Source: Patescibacteria group bacterium
GTDB lineage: Bacteria > Patescibacteriota > Patescibacteriia > JACQRZ01
Assembly (NCBI GenBank): GCA_038065255.1
Contig: JBBTRI010000006.1
Span: 73,240 to 137,239 of the forward strand
Direction of reading: 5' to 3'
DNA length: 64,000 bases
The translations under genes were made by a program, and so were the position numbers. The notes beneath the pieces are model-generated. The model did not search any database, was not told the origin of the DNA, and worked only from the letters and a program-made list of their open reading frames with translations. Position 1 is the stretch's first letter, and each line of letters starts with the position of its first letter. Shown here one piece after another: positions 53,811 through 63,359 of the stretch.

Positions 53811-54863
53811 CTAAAAATACGCATATTGCCGCGCATAGCCGCGGCCTTTGTCGTATACTTCTTTGGTAATCAGCTTATCCCGATAAAGCGTTTCGAGGGC
53901 GCGTTCCATTGTTACCATGCCTTCTTCAGAACTTGTTTGAAGGACGGTATCAAGCTGTTCAAAATTTCCCGTGCGGATAATGTTTGCTACAGCGCTATTG
54001 TTGATAAGAATCTCCCGTGCGGCGATGCGGCCTTCAGGTATACAAGGTACAAGTTCTTGAAAGACGACTGCTCGTAGGTTTTCTGCGAGTTGGATTTTGA
54101 TCTGGCGCTGTTCATGCGGCTCAAAAATATCCACAATACGAAGCATCGTCGCTGGAGCGCTGGATGTATGGAGCGTTGAGAACACCAAGTGGCCGGTCTC
54201 AGCGATACGCAGTGTTTCCTGGATGGTTTCTTTGTCGCGCATTTCACCAACCATGATGATATTGGGGTCTTGGCGGAATACCGTGCGTAACGCCATACCG
54301 AAATTGGGGGAGTCAATGCCGACTTCACGCTGTTCAACGACGGATTTTTTGTGTTCAAAAACGTATTCAATCGGATCTTCAACAGTAATGATTTTGCAGT
54401 GCCGATCGATGTTGATGCGGTCGAGCATTGCCGCAAGTGTTGTGGACTTTCCGGATCCGGTAGGGCCGCAGACTAAAATAAGCCCGCTATTGAGCTGAGT
54501 AAGACTTTCTTCAAATTTGCCGAGACGTATTTTATCGAATGAAGGAATTTCCAATTTGATAATGCGTGCCGTAAGGGCAAGATGTTTGCGTTCAAAATGG
54601 ACATTCACGCGAATGCGCTGGTTCTTGCCGAAATCATGGGCAAAATCAGCATCAAATACTTCATTGAGTTGCGCCTTGGCGCGCGGTGTCAAAATCTCAT
54701 CAGTGAGTTCTTGAATGTCGTTATCGGTGAGTTTATAGTCATCAACGTCTTCAAGTCGACCGTGGATGCGCATTTGCGCGGGCTTGTCATAGATAAGATG
54801 GATGTCCGACGCTTCTTTCGCGTAGGCATCCTGGTACATTTCATAGAATGTTTTCATACACAC
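53811..54863 (-). CDS. pilT: Type IV pilus retraction ATPase PilT (twitching motility protein)
   Basis: Walker A GPTGSGKST, Asp box, Walker B IIMVGEMRD, His box HLVFSTLHT and AIRE(I) PilT motif; 350 aa. Confidence 0.85.
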   Translation of the reverse strand: MCMKTFYEMYQDAYAKEASDIHLIYDKPAQMRIHGRLEDVDDYKLTDNDIQELTDEILTPRAKAQLNEVFDADFAHDFGKNQRIRVNVHFERKHLALTARIIKLEIPSFDKIRLGKFEESLTQLNSGLILVCGPTGSGKSTTLAAMLDRINIDRHCKIITVEDPIEYVFEHKKSVVEQREVGIDSPNFGMALRTVFRQDPNIIMVGEMRDKETIQETLRIAETGHLVFSTLHTSSAPATMLRIVDIFEPHEQRQIKIQLAENLRAVVFQELVPCIPEGRIAAREILINNSAVANIIRTGNFEQLDTVLQTSSEEGMVTMERALETLYRDKLITKEVYDKGRGYARQYAYF

Positions 54864-54945
54864 CTATTCTACCATTTTTCACACAGGGATGATAGTTGAT
54901 ATTTCTTAACGAATCCGATACACTAGTACATATCTAAGTAATTCT

Positions 54946-55695
54946 ATGGCATTTCCCTATAAGCGAACGCTTTTTGACCCACAGTCGAAAGATCCCTATA
55001 AATTATCACGCTCAAAAATTGAGCTCTTTATACAGTGTCCCCACTGTTTTTATCTCGATCGCAGGTTGGGAGTTTCCCAACCGGCTGGTTTTCCATTCAA
55101 TTTAAACTCGGCCGTAGACCACCTTTTGAAAAAAGAATTCGATTATTATCGTGCGCTTGGACAGCGCCACCCCCTCATGGAACAGAATGATATCGATGCA
55201 CTACCGTTTGCCCATGAAGAGCTTGATACTTGGCGAGAGAATTTTAAAGGAGTACAACATCATCACGTGACAACTAATTTCATATTGACAGGCGCAGTTG
55301 ATGATCTCTGGATAGTGCCAAGCGGGGAGCTTATTGTTGTGGACTACAAGGCGACAAGTAAGAATAGCCAAGTGGGAATAGATGCCGAATGGCAGGGGGG
55401 GTACAAGCGTCAAATGGAGTTTTATCAATGGTTGTTACGCCAGAATGGTTTTGCCGTATCACCGACAGGGTATTTTGTCTACTGTAATGGCAGGAGAGAC
55501 CGTGATGGATTTAATGCCAAGCTTGATTTTGATATTTCCGTCATTCCATATACCGGCAGCGATGCATGGGTAGAGCCAACACTTCAACGCATTCGTAGTG
55601 CACTTCTGTCTGCCAAGCCCCCGACACCATCTGCACAGTGTGATTATTGTTCGTATCGTAAGAATGCCCACACAGCGCTTGGAGGTAGCGTATGA
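54946..55695 (+). CDS. PD-(D/E)XK nuclease superfamily protein, Cas4/RecB-nuclease-domain-like with Fe-S cysteines
   Basis: N-terminal CPHC, core GAVDDLW...ELIVVDYKATS (D...ExK), C-terminal CDYC - the four-Cys arrangement of Cas4/AddB-type nuclease domains; stop overlaps pheS start. Confidence 0.6.
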   Translation: MAFPYKRTLFDPQSKDPYKLSRSKIELFIQCPHCFYLDRRLGVSQPAGFPFNLNSAVDHLLKKEFDYYRALGQRHPLMEQNDIDALPFAHEELDTWRENFKGVQHHHVTTNFILTGAVDDLWIVPSGELIVVDYKATSKNSQVGIDAEWQGGYKRQMEFYQWLLRQNGFAVSPTGYFVYCNGRRDRDGFNAKLDFDISVIPYTGSDAWVEPTLQRIRSALLSAKPPTPSAQCDYCSYRKNAHTALGGSV

Positions 55696-56714
55696 ACGCG
55701 GCAATGATTGAAAAAATCAAGTCTGATGCGCTTAGCTCACTAGAACGTGCGGCAAGCACTGTGGAGCTTGAACAGCTTGAACTCACGCTGTTTGGCAGAA
55801 AAACAGGGACGATAACTGATTTATTGAAATCCATCAAGTCACTACCGGACGAAGAAAAAAAATCCATCGGACATCGAATAAACGAATTAAAAAACTCTCT
55901 TCTGCATGCGCTCGAGGAAAAAAAAGCAAGCCTTATTGAACGTAGCGAAGGCGAAACTCCCTTTGATGCTACAGAACCCTATATTGGAGAAAGGGCACGA
56001 GGGTCATTACACCCCATTACACATATTCAGCAAGAACTCGAGATGTTTTTTACCCAACTTGGCTTTTTGGTATTAGATGGGCCCGAGCTTGATTCAGAGT
56101 ACTATAATTTCGAATCGTTGAATATTCCAGCCGATCACCCTGCACGGGACATGCAAGATACGTTTTATATCAAAGATCACCCCGGTATGCTGATGCGCAC
56201 ACAGACTTCTGCCGTGCAGGTGCGGGCAATGCGTGAGTATGGTGCGCCGCTTTCAGCTATTGTTCCCGGGCGATGTTTTCGTAATGAAGCAACCGACGCG
56301 CGGCACGAACATACGTTTTATCAACTTGAAGGGTTTGTTGTGGGAAAGAAAATCACCTTTTCCCATCTCAAGGGCATTCTCGAAGCTGTGGCGCGTTACT
56401 TGTATGGACAAAAGACTGAACTTCGATTGCTCCCGAAATTCTATCCATTCGTGGAGCCGGGTGTGAGAGGGGAGGTAACGTGCATGCTGTGTTCGGGCAA
56501 GGGGTGCCGCGTATGCAAGCAGTCGGGGTTTTTGGAAATATTCGGCGCGGGCATGATCCATCCGAATGTTTTGCGTGAAGGAGGGTTGGATCCCGCGCAT
56601 ATTTCAGGACTTGCATTTGGTCTTGGCCTCACGCGCCTTGCAATGCTAAAATATGCCATTCCGGATGTGAGACTGCTGCAAAGCGGGAATCTTGATTTTT
56701 TGAAACAATTTTAA
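55692..56714 (+). CDS. pheS: Phenylalanine--tRNA ligase alpha subunit
   Basis: Class II aaRS motifs 2 and 3 (FRNEATDARHEHTFYQLEG; GAGMIHPNVL...GLAFGLGLTRLAM); 340 aa. Confidence 0.9.
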   Translation: MNAAMIEKIKSDALSSLERAASTVELEQLELTLFGRKTGTITDLLKSIKSLPDEEKKSIGHRINELKNSLLHALEEKKASLIERSEGETPFDATEPYIGERARGSLHPITHIQQELEMFFTQLGFLVLDGPELDSEYYNFESLNIPADHPARDMQDTFYIKDHPGMLMRTQTSAVQVRAMREYGAPLSAIVPGRCFRNEATDARHEHTFYQLEGFVVGKKITFSHLKGILEAVARYLYGQKTELRLLPKFYPFVEPGVRGEVTCMLCSGKGCRVCKQSGFLEIFGAGMIHPNVLREGGLDPAHISGLAFGLGLTRLAMLKYAIPDVRLLQSGNLDFLKQF

Positions 56715-56718
56715 TCCT

Positions 56719-59130
56719 ATGCTTCTTTCTAAAGAGTGGCTACAGGAATTTGTAGCACTACCAAAAAATCTTTCGGATGAGGAAATAGCTCGGCGGCTTT
56801 CACTCTGTACTGTTGAGGTAGAGCGGATACAGAAAGGCGCTTCACAGGACTGGAACGCTATTGTTATCGGAGAAATCGTTGAACTCAAACCCCATCCGAA
56901 TGCAGATCGATTGCGTCTTGTCATGACGCGCATTTCAGAAAAACAACAACCCCTTGTTATTGTGTGTGGCGGAAGTAATCTTAGCGTTGGAATGAAGGTT
57001 GTTGTAGCATTGCCCGGTAGTCATGTACGTTGGCACGGCGAGGGAGAGCCTGTTGAGCTCACATTGACTCAAATACGGGGCGTTACAAGCGAAGGCATGA
57101 TTTGTGCGGCAAGCGAGGTAGGATTGTCTGATCGGTATCCTGCAACGAGTGAACATGAAATTCTTGACCTTTCTTTTCTTTCGGTAAAGCCGGGAACACC
57201 ACTGACTGATGCGCTTGGAGCGGCGGATACCATTTTTGATGTGGATAATAAATCATTAAGCAACCGGCCGGATCTCTGGGGGCATCGCGGTATGGCGCGT
57301 GAATTGGGCGCTGTGTTGCAAGTACCTTTTTCTGATAAAAAAATTCCACTCATCAAATCCTCGTCACAGATTAAACTCAGCTGTACCGTAGAAGAGAAAA
57401 AATTGTGTACGAGGTACATGGCTGTAGTAATAGAGGGTGTGTCTACAATGTCCTCGCCTTCCTGGATGCAGCAACGTTTACGTTCATGCGGTGTGCGCCC
57501 CATCAATGCCATTGTCGATGTGACGAATTATGTAATGCTTGAATACGGACAACCGATGCATGCATTTGATTATGCTCGTATCAAAGAAAAGAATGGAGAT
57601 GTAAAACTGCACGTTCGCCGTGCAAAGAAGGGGGAATCTATCCGCGCGCTCGATGGAAAGGAGTATGTACTTTCGCCGGAAATGCTACTTATTGCAAAGA
57701 GTAGTGATGTATTGGCGATTGCGGGAATCATGGGTGGTGAGAAAAGCGGAATTGATGATTCGACAACAACCATCGTTCTCGAAGCAGCTCATTTTAATGC
57801 ATCTTCGATTCGAAAGACATCTTCAGCGATCAAGCTTGCTTCTGAAAGTTCGCGAAGATTTGAGAAGCATCTCGATCCGTTACTCACCGAAACAGCATTG
57901 CGTAGAGCGTGTGAGCTCTATTCCCTTTTGTTTCCTTCAAGCAAGGCTGTAAGTAAGGTGTGTGATACTTTTACACAAAAAGAAAAACCTCTTACCATCA
58001 CCCTCTCAGATGCTCTTATAGAATCAAAACTTGGAATGCGTATTCCACAGTCTAAAGCAGCAACACTGCTTAAGCGTCTGGGTTTTGGATTAACAAAGAA
58101 GGGGTTGGCGTATAGTGTGGTTGTTCCCAGTTTTCGAAAGAAAGATATTAGTATCCCCGAGGACGTCATTGAAGAAATTATTCGTCTGATAGGCTATGAC
58201 AGCATTCCGTCCGTAGTGCCGCCGTCGTATTCGCGGATGCCCAAAAACAATTCCTTTTCTTTATTTGTTACGGCGCTTAAGCAGCAGTTGAGTTCTGAGT
58301 ACCATTTTAATGAAGTGCATAACTACGCATTTGTCACTCCTTTTGTGCTTCGTGCCGGCGGGTATGTGCCCGAGGAACACATCACGCTCTCAAACCCTTA
58401 TTCTGATGAACGTCCCTATCTGTGTAAAAGCCTCATCCCAAATTTGTTGGAAGATATTGAAAAGAATCAGGAACGACATGAACGCATTGCATTATTCGAA
58501 ATTGCGAGAGTATTCACCGACGAATTGCAACAACCCTACCATTTATCATGCGTTCTTTCATTACCTCGCGATCCACAGGCATTTGCTTTTCTGAAGAGTG
58601 TCATTGTGTCGGTGCTGAGGTGTAGGGGATTTGATATTTCTCCACGTGTGTTGAGTGAACCCCTTGCTTGGTCATCGCACTTCCGAGGTGTTGGGCTGTA
58701 TTGTAATACGGCGCGCATTGGATCGATTGCTGTCGTAGACAAGTCAGTATGTGCAAAACTTGGCATTGAACGTGATGTTGTTGCTTGCGAAGTTGATTTG
58801 TCGCTTGTGCACTCCTTGCCGCGCCACGATCGTAGCATTCAACAGCCGCACGCATATCCTGCAGTACTGAGAGATGTGACATTTGTACTCGATGAGGGTG
58901 TACGCTATACGGATGTATCGGCAATGCTCACTTCCGCCCATCCTCTGATCGAGAGCGTAGAGCCATTTGATATTTATCGCGGTGAGCAAGTGGGAAGCGG
59001 TAAAAAAAGCTTTTCATTCCATATTACTTATCGTTCTTCGGCGCGCACTCTTGCTGCCGCAGAAGCGGACAAGGCCCATATCGAAGCTATTGCTCTTCTT
59101 GAAAAAAAATTCAATGCAGTACTGCGTTGA
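56719..59130 (+). CDS. pheT: Phenylalanine--tRNA ligase beta subunit
   Basis: tRNA-binding N-terminal domain, B3/B4, B5 and FDX-ACB domains in PheT order; 803 aa; 4 nt after pheS. Confidence 0.9.
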   Translation: MLLSKEWLQEFVALPKNLSDEEIARRLSLCTVEVERIQKGASQDWNAIVIGEIVELKPHPNADRLRLVMTRISEKQQPLVIVCGGSNLSVGMKVVVALPGSHVRWHGEGEPVELTLTQIRGVTSEGMICAASEVGLSDRYPATSEHEILDLSFLSVKPGTPLTDALGAADTIFDVDNKSLSNRPDLWGHRGMARELGAVLQVPFSDKKIPLIKSSSQIKLSCTVEEKKLCTRYMAVVIEGVSTMSSPSWMQQRLRSCGVRPINAIVDVTNYVMLEYGQPMHAFDYARIKEKNGDVKLHVRRAKKGESIRALDGKEYVLSPEMLLIAKSSDVLAIAGIMGGEKSGIDDSTTTIVLEAAHFNASSIRKTSSAIKLASESSRRFEKHLDPLLTETALRRACELYSLLFPSSKAVSKVCDTFTQKEKPLTITLSDALIESKLGMRIPQSKAATLLKRLGFGLTKKGLAYSVVVPSFRKKDISIPEDVIEEIIRLIGYDSIPSVVPPSYSRMPKNNSFSLFVTALKQQLSSEYHFNEVHNYAFVTPFVLRAGGYVPEEHITLSNPYSDERPYLCKSLIPNLLEDIEKNQERHERIALFEIARVFTDELQQPYHLSCVLSLPRDPQAFAFLKSVIVSVLRCRGFDISPRVLSEPLAWSSHFRGVGLYCNTARIGSIAVVDKSVCAKLGIERDVVACEVDLSLVHSLPRHDRSIQQPHAYPAVLRDVTFVLDEGVRYTDVSAMLTSAHPLIESVEPFDIYRGEQVGSGKKSFSFHITYRSSARTLAAAEADKAHIEAIALLEKKFNAVLR

Positions 59131-59148
59131 TAGTAACATTACCACTAT

Positions 59149-60468
59149 ATGCTAGATATCAAAAGTATTCGTGAAAACGCCCAGGAGCTTCAAATGGCAG
59201 CACGCAATAAGGGTATTGACCTTGATGTTTCCAAGCTTCTTGAACTTGACGAAAAACGCCGGCACTTGTTGGGTGAAATTGAATCTTTAAAAGCGCAAAA
59301 AAATGCAATTAATAAAGAAATTATTGGGGCATCTCAGGATGAAAAAAAAGCAATATTGATACGTGCACAGGGCATCAAAGAGCAGCTCGAACTGCTTGAT
59401 GGTGAGTATGCAATCACACATACTGCATTTGAAGAGCTCATGGTTCGCGTGCCTACGATTCCGTCTCCCGATACGCCGATTGGAAAATCGTCAGAAGATA
59501 ATGTTGAAGTGGAACGGCATGGAGAGCTGCCACAGTTTGATTTCGCTCCCAAGGATCATGTGCAGCTTGGTAAAGATCTTGGCATTCTCGATTTGGAACG
59601 CGGTGTGAAAGTGAGCGGTTTTCGTGGATACTATGTAAAAGGGGATGGCGTGCTGTTGATGATGGGGTTTATTATGTATGCCCTGCAGAAGCTTGCCGCA
59701 AAGGGATACCAATTGATGATTCCCCCGACAATTGCAAAAGAATTTGTATTATTTGGTAGCGGTTATTTTAAAGGCGGTACCTATGATGAAGACACAGATG
59801 AGATCTATGAGCTTGCTTCAGGAGAAAAAGACCGTGAAGGGAAACGCCAGCAAAAATTTCTTATCGGCACCGCAGAGCCATCACTATTGGCGTACCATGC
59901 GGATGAAGTGTTGAAAGAAAAAGATCTACCGCTTCGCTTTACGGGCTTTAGCCAGTGCTATCGCAGCGAGATCGGCAGTTATAGCAAGGACTTGAAAGGA
60001 ATCTATCGCGTCCATGAATTTATGAAAGTTGAGCAAGTCGTCCTCTGTAGGGCAGATATTGAAGAAAGCGACCGCATCCTTAATGAACTGGTCCAGAATG
60101 CAAAGGAGCTTCATGAAGATTTGAGATTGCCGTACCGACTACTGCAGATCTGTACCGGCGACATGGCTCCCGGCAAATACAAATCCTTTGATATCGAAGC
60201 ATGGATGCCGGGAAAAGGCTCGTATGGCGAGACTGGCACCGCATCAAATTTTGTGGATTGGCAGGCGCGCCGGCTGAACGTGAAATATACAACCAGTGAA
60301 GGCAAAAATGTGCCGGTATTCATGCTCAACAATACCGCACTTCCGACTCCGCGTATTTTTATATCCATTTTAGAAAATTACCAACAAAAAGACGGTAGTG
60401 TGAGAGTGCCTAAAGTATTAGTACCCTTTGTCGGTAAAGAAATAATACGACCAACTTCAGCTACATAG
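59149..60468 (+). CDS. serS: Serine--tRNA ligase
   Basis: N-terminal coiled-coil arm, class II core with FRSEIGSYSKDLKGIYRVHEF motif 2 and GSYGETGTASNFVDWQARR; 439 aa. Confidence 0.9.
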   Translation: MLDIKSIRENAQELQMAARNKGIDLDVSKLLELDEKRRHLLGEIESLKAQKNAINKEIIGASQDEKKAILIRAQGIKEQLELLDGEYAITHTAFEELMVRVPTIPSPDTPIGKSSEDNVEVERHGELPQFDFAPKDHVQLGKDLGILDLERGVKVSGFRGYYVKGDGVLLMMGFIMYALQKLAAKGYQLMIPPTIAKEFVLFGSGYFKGGTYDEDTDEIYELASGEKDREGKRQQKFLIGTAEPSLLAYHADEVLKEKDLPLRFTGFSQCYRSEIGSYSKDLKGIYRVHEFMKVEQVVLCRADIEESDRILNELVQNAKELHEDLRLPYRLLQICTGDMAPGKYKSFDIEAWMPGKGSYGETGTASNFVDWQARRLNVKYTTSEGKNVPVFMLNNTALPTPRIFISILENYQQKDGSVRVPKVLVPFVGKEIIRPTSAT

Positions 60469-60644
60469 ATATTCTTTCTCTATAACGCTTCCGCATTAGT
60501 GTACGAAGGACTTACGGGTCCCGGGTCGTTCGCATAACTCATCCTCGATTTTCTCGGATTCAAACAGACGCTCACTCCTTCCCGTAAGCACGCTTCATAC
60601 AGTCTAATGCTCTCGCTAGATATTCGAAAGAATATCTATATAGC
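60469..60644. repeat. Long imperfect inverted repeat / candidate structured ncRNA (~176 nt) between serS and ATP-grasp gene
   Basis: GATATTCTTTC (60469-60479) pairs with GAAAGAATATC (60634-60644); nested complementary blocks GCATTAG/CTAATGC and CTTACGGG/CCCGTAAG; central ~65-nt less-structured region. Confidence 0.45.
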
Positions 60645-60665
60645 TTAAAGTTCTTAAATCAGATT

Positions 60666-61673
60666 ATGAAATCTTCTTTTGTTACCCCTTTGTTTGAAAA
60701 ATTTGCCAAAGAGCAAGGCATAGAAATGCTTGTTGAGCCGATGTATCGCTTCGTTGCTCAGTTGGTGTTTCCTAGTGGAGATAGGCGCTATGTGAGTACG
60801 CATATTGATGGTGTAAATGGCGCTGGAGCAACCGAAATTGCCCGTGACAAAACCTATGCTTTATTTTTTTTGAAAACCATGGGTTATAGCGTTCCCGAAG
60901 GAAGAGCATTTTTTTCTCGTGCCTATGCCGATTATCTTGGAAGCGACCAAGATTCTCAAGCTGCGTGGAGCTATGCTCAACAGCTTGGTTTGCCGATTAT
61001 TCTTAAACCGAATAGCAAAAGCCAGGGGAGGGGAGTATGGAAAATTCACTCTAAGCAAGAATTTGACGCAAGTCTGCATGACCTCGACAAATGGGTAGAT
61101 ATTTATCGCATTGAACGCTACTGCACCGGGAGGGATTACCGTATGGTCATTTATAAAGGTGAGCTCATTTGTGCGTATAAACGCGTGCCGTTGAACGTTT
61201 GCGGTAATGGCAGGTCGAACATTCGAGAATTGCTACAAGAAAAAAAGATGTGCCTTGATCAATCTGGTCGGCAGTCAACACTCGATGTACACGATAGGCG
61301 CATTGCATGGTCGCTAAGTCGGAATATGCTTTCGTTCGATTCCATTCTTGAGGAGGGAAGAATGTTCTTGCTTCTTGGCAATGCAAATTCCTCAAGCGGC
61401 GGAGATATTCGCGACGTAACAGAAACTATTCATGAATCATTTGTTGCATGCGCAAAAAAGTGTGCACGCGATATGGGTCTTACGCTCTGCGGTTTGGATA
61501 TGCTTATTGATGGAGATGGTTCTTGCGTCGCTCCATCTACGATAATCGAAATAAACGCAGGGCCGGGATTGGCGAACTATGCATCATTGGGAGAGGTGCA
61601 GTATTCGCGCGTTGAAGCACTGTATCGAACGATTTTTGATTCGCTGATTCTTCCTACTACATCACCTCAATAA
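60666..61673 (+). CDS. ATP-grasp ligase (RimK/cyanophycin-synthetase/D-Ala-D-Ala-ligase-like)
   Basis: LGLPIILKPNSKSQGRGV (ATP-binding), C-terminal GLDMLID...IIEINAGPG (E-x-N motif); 335 aa; 3' end overlaps argS 3' end by 17 nt (convergent). Confidence 0.6.
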   Translation: MKSSFVTPLFEKFAKEQGIEMLVEPMYRFVAQLVFPSGDRRYVSTHIDGVNGAGATEIARDKTYALFFLKTMGYSVPEGRAFFSRAYADYLGSDQDSQAAWSYAQQLGLPIILKPNSKSQGRGVWKIHSKQEFDASLHDLDKWVDIYRIERYCTGRDYRMVIYKGELICAYKRVPLNVCGNGRSNIRELLQEKKMCLDQSGRQSTLDVHDRRIAWSLSRNMLSFDSILEEGRMFLLLGNANSSSGGDIRDVTETIHESFVACAKKCARDMGLTLCGLDMLIDGDGSCVAPSTIIEINAGPGLANYASLGEVQYSRVEALYRTIFDSLILPTTSPQ

Positions 61674-63312
61674 TCGGCATGCCAAGAAGTTCTATGCCTT
61701 TCCTGAGCGTTGCAGCAATTTCTTTGATAACGCAAAGGCGCATTGCTTGAATCGTAGCATTGCCTTGGATAACGCGATTATGCGTGTAATAGGTGTTTGT
61801 TTTCTTTGCCAATGTCATGAGGTATTTTGCCAGGATATCCGGCTTATTGGCAGCAATGACATCTTCAAGTACATCTCTAAAATGCGCCAGCTGGATAATC
61901 ACCGAATGTTCTTCATTTCCAAGTGCGGTTAGAAGCGATGCTGTTCGCTGTGGTTTAGGGGATGGTGCTTTTTGTAGAATGCTTTTGAGTCGTGTATAGG
62001 TATAGAGGATGTAGGGGCCTGTTTCTCCTTGAAAGTCAGTCATTTGGGCAATGTTAAACTCCACGGGGTGTTCACGGTCAGTTTTGAGATCATGAAATAT
62101 AATTGCACATAACGCAATTTTCTCTGCTATTTGCAGTTTATCTTTGAGTGTTGGATTCTTCTCCTTGATAACCTTCAATACAGCATTTCTGATTTCATCG
62201 ATTAAATCTTCCACAAACATAATGGTTCCTTTTCGTGTAGACATCTTCTTGCCATCGATTCGGTAAAGTCCATGAGAGACATGAACACAACGATCCGCCC
62301 ATGGTTTGCCCATAAGTTCCAGTAATGCAAAAAGCTGTTTGAAATGCAACTCCTGTTCTGCACCTACTTCATACAGCATTTTGCTAAAACGATAGGTTTC
62401 GTGCCGATAGAGTGCTGCAGCAATATCTCGTGTGAGGTAGAGTGAGGTACCATCGCTCTTACAGATAAGCCCCGGCGGCAATCCAAAGGCTGAAAGATCA
62501 ACGATATCTGCACCCTCTGATCGCTGTAAAAGCTTTTTCTTTTTCAAAAGCTTAATCACACTATCGAGCCGGGTGTTATAAAATGCTTCGCCATCATAGG
62601 AATCGAACGAACACCCAAGTCGAGCATAGAGTTGTTTGAAATCTTTGACGGAAAGCAAACGGAAAAGTTTCCAAAGTTTTGTCGCTTCCTTATCGCCGCC
62701 TTCAAGTTTTTTGAACCAGAGTCTGGCTTCGTCTAAGAGAAGGGGATGTTTCTCGCATTCCGCATGAAATTTTACATAGAGATCATAGAGTGTGCGAATG
62801 GGGTGTTTAGCAAGAGATCGTGGCCATTTTTTATATGCAACAATGAGCTTGCCAAATTGCGTCCCCCAATCACCAAGGTGATTGATGGCAATAGTTGTAT
62901 ATCCAAGTTCAGCATAGATTCGTTTTAATGATTCCCCGATAAAGGTACTGCGCAAATGCCCAACACCGAAAGGTTTTGCAATATTCGGCGAAGAATAATC
63001 GATGACAATGGATTTTTTGTTTTTTTTCTGTAGCGTCCTTTTGAGAATATCTTGAAAAAGCACATGGTGCTTTAGGTGAATATTAATATAGGGTCCCGCA
63101 GGCACGGATTTTTCAATAACTCCACTCTGCAGTTTCACTGCATATTCCGCAGCAATGTCTACCGGTGATTTGTGCAGCTCTTTTGCAAATGAAAAACAGG
63201 GAAGTGCGATATCTCCAAGATCATCCGAAGGAGGAAGTGCAAGCTGGATGGATGATGGATTAACTTTCAGTTTTTTTGCGATCAATGCAGTGAGAGTTTT
63301 TTTGAGAGTCAT
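61657..63312 (-). CDS. argS: Arginine--tRNA ligase
   Basis: N-terminal Arg_tRNA_synt_N domain, class I HIGH-equivalent PFGVGHLRS, KMSTR(KMSKS-like) motif, C-terminal DALR anticodon-binding; 551 aa. Confidence 0.9.
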   Translation of the reverse strand: MTLKKTLTALIAKKLKVNPSSIQLALPPSDDLGDIALPCFSFAKELHKSPVDIAAEYAVKLQSGVIEKSVPAGPYINIHLKHHVLFQDILKRTLQKKNKKSIVIDYSSPNIAKPFGVGHLRSTFIGESLKRIYAELGYTTIAINHLGDWGTQFGKLIVAYKKWPRSLAKHPIRTLYDLYVKFHAECEKHPLLLDEARLWFKKLEGGDKEATKLWKLFRLLSVKDFKQLYARLGCSFDSYDGEAFYNTRLDSVIKLLKKKKLLQRSEGADIVDLSAFGLPPGLICKSDGTSLYLTRDIAAALYRHETYRFSKMLYEVGAEQELHFKQLFALLELMGKPWADRCVHVSHGLYRIDGKKMSTRKGTIMFVEDLIDEIRNAVLKVIKEKNPTLKDKLQIAEKIALCAIIFHDLKTDREHPVEFNIAQMTDFQGETGPYILYTYTRLKSILQKAPSPKPQRTASLLTALGNEEHSVIIQLAHFRDVLEDVIAANKPDILAKYLMTLAKKTNTYYTHNRVIQGNATIQAMRLCVIKEIAATLRKGIELLGMPIIEVM

Positions 63313-63359
63313 AGTTCTATCTTACGAGCGGCACTAGTAGGTACGCCGCAGGCACATTT

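Noticed and set aside
60469-60644. Possible tRNA gene in serS-downstream intergenic region
   Set aside because: The 7-bp GCATTAG/CTAATGC closing stem encloses ~105 nt with no D/anticodon/T-arm arrangement and no GTTCRA T-loop; treated as a long hairpin ncRNA candidate instead
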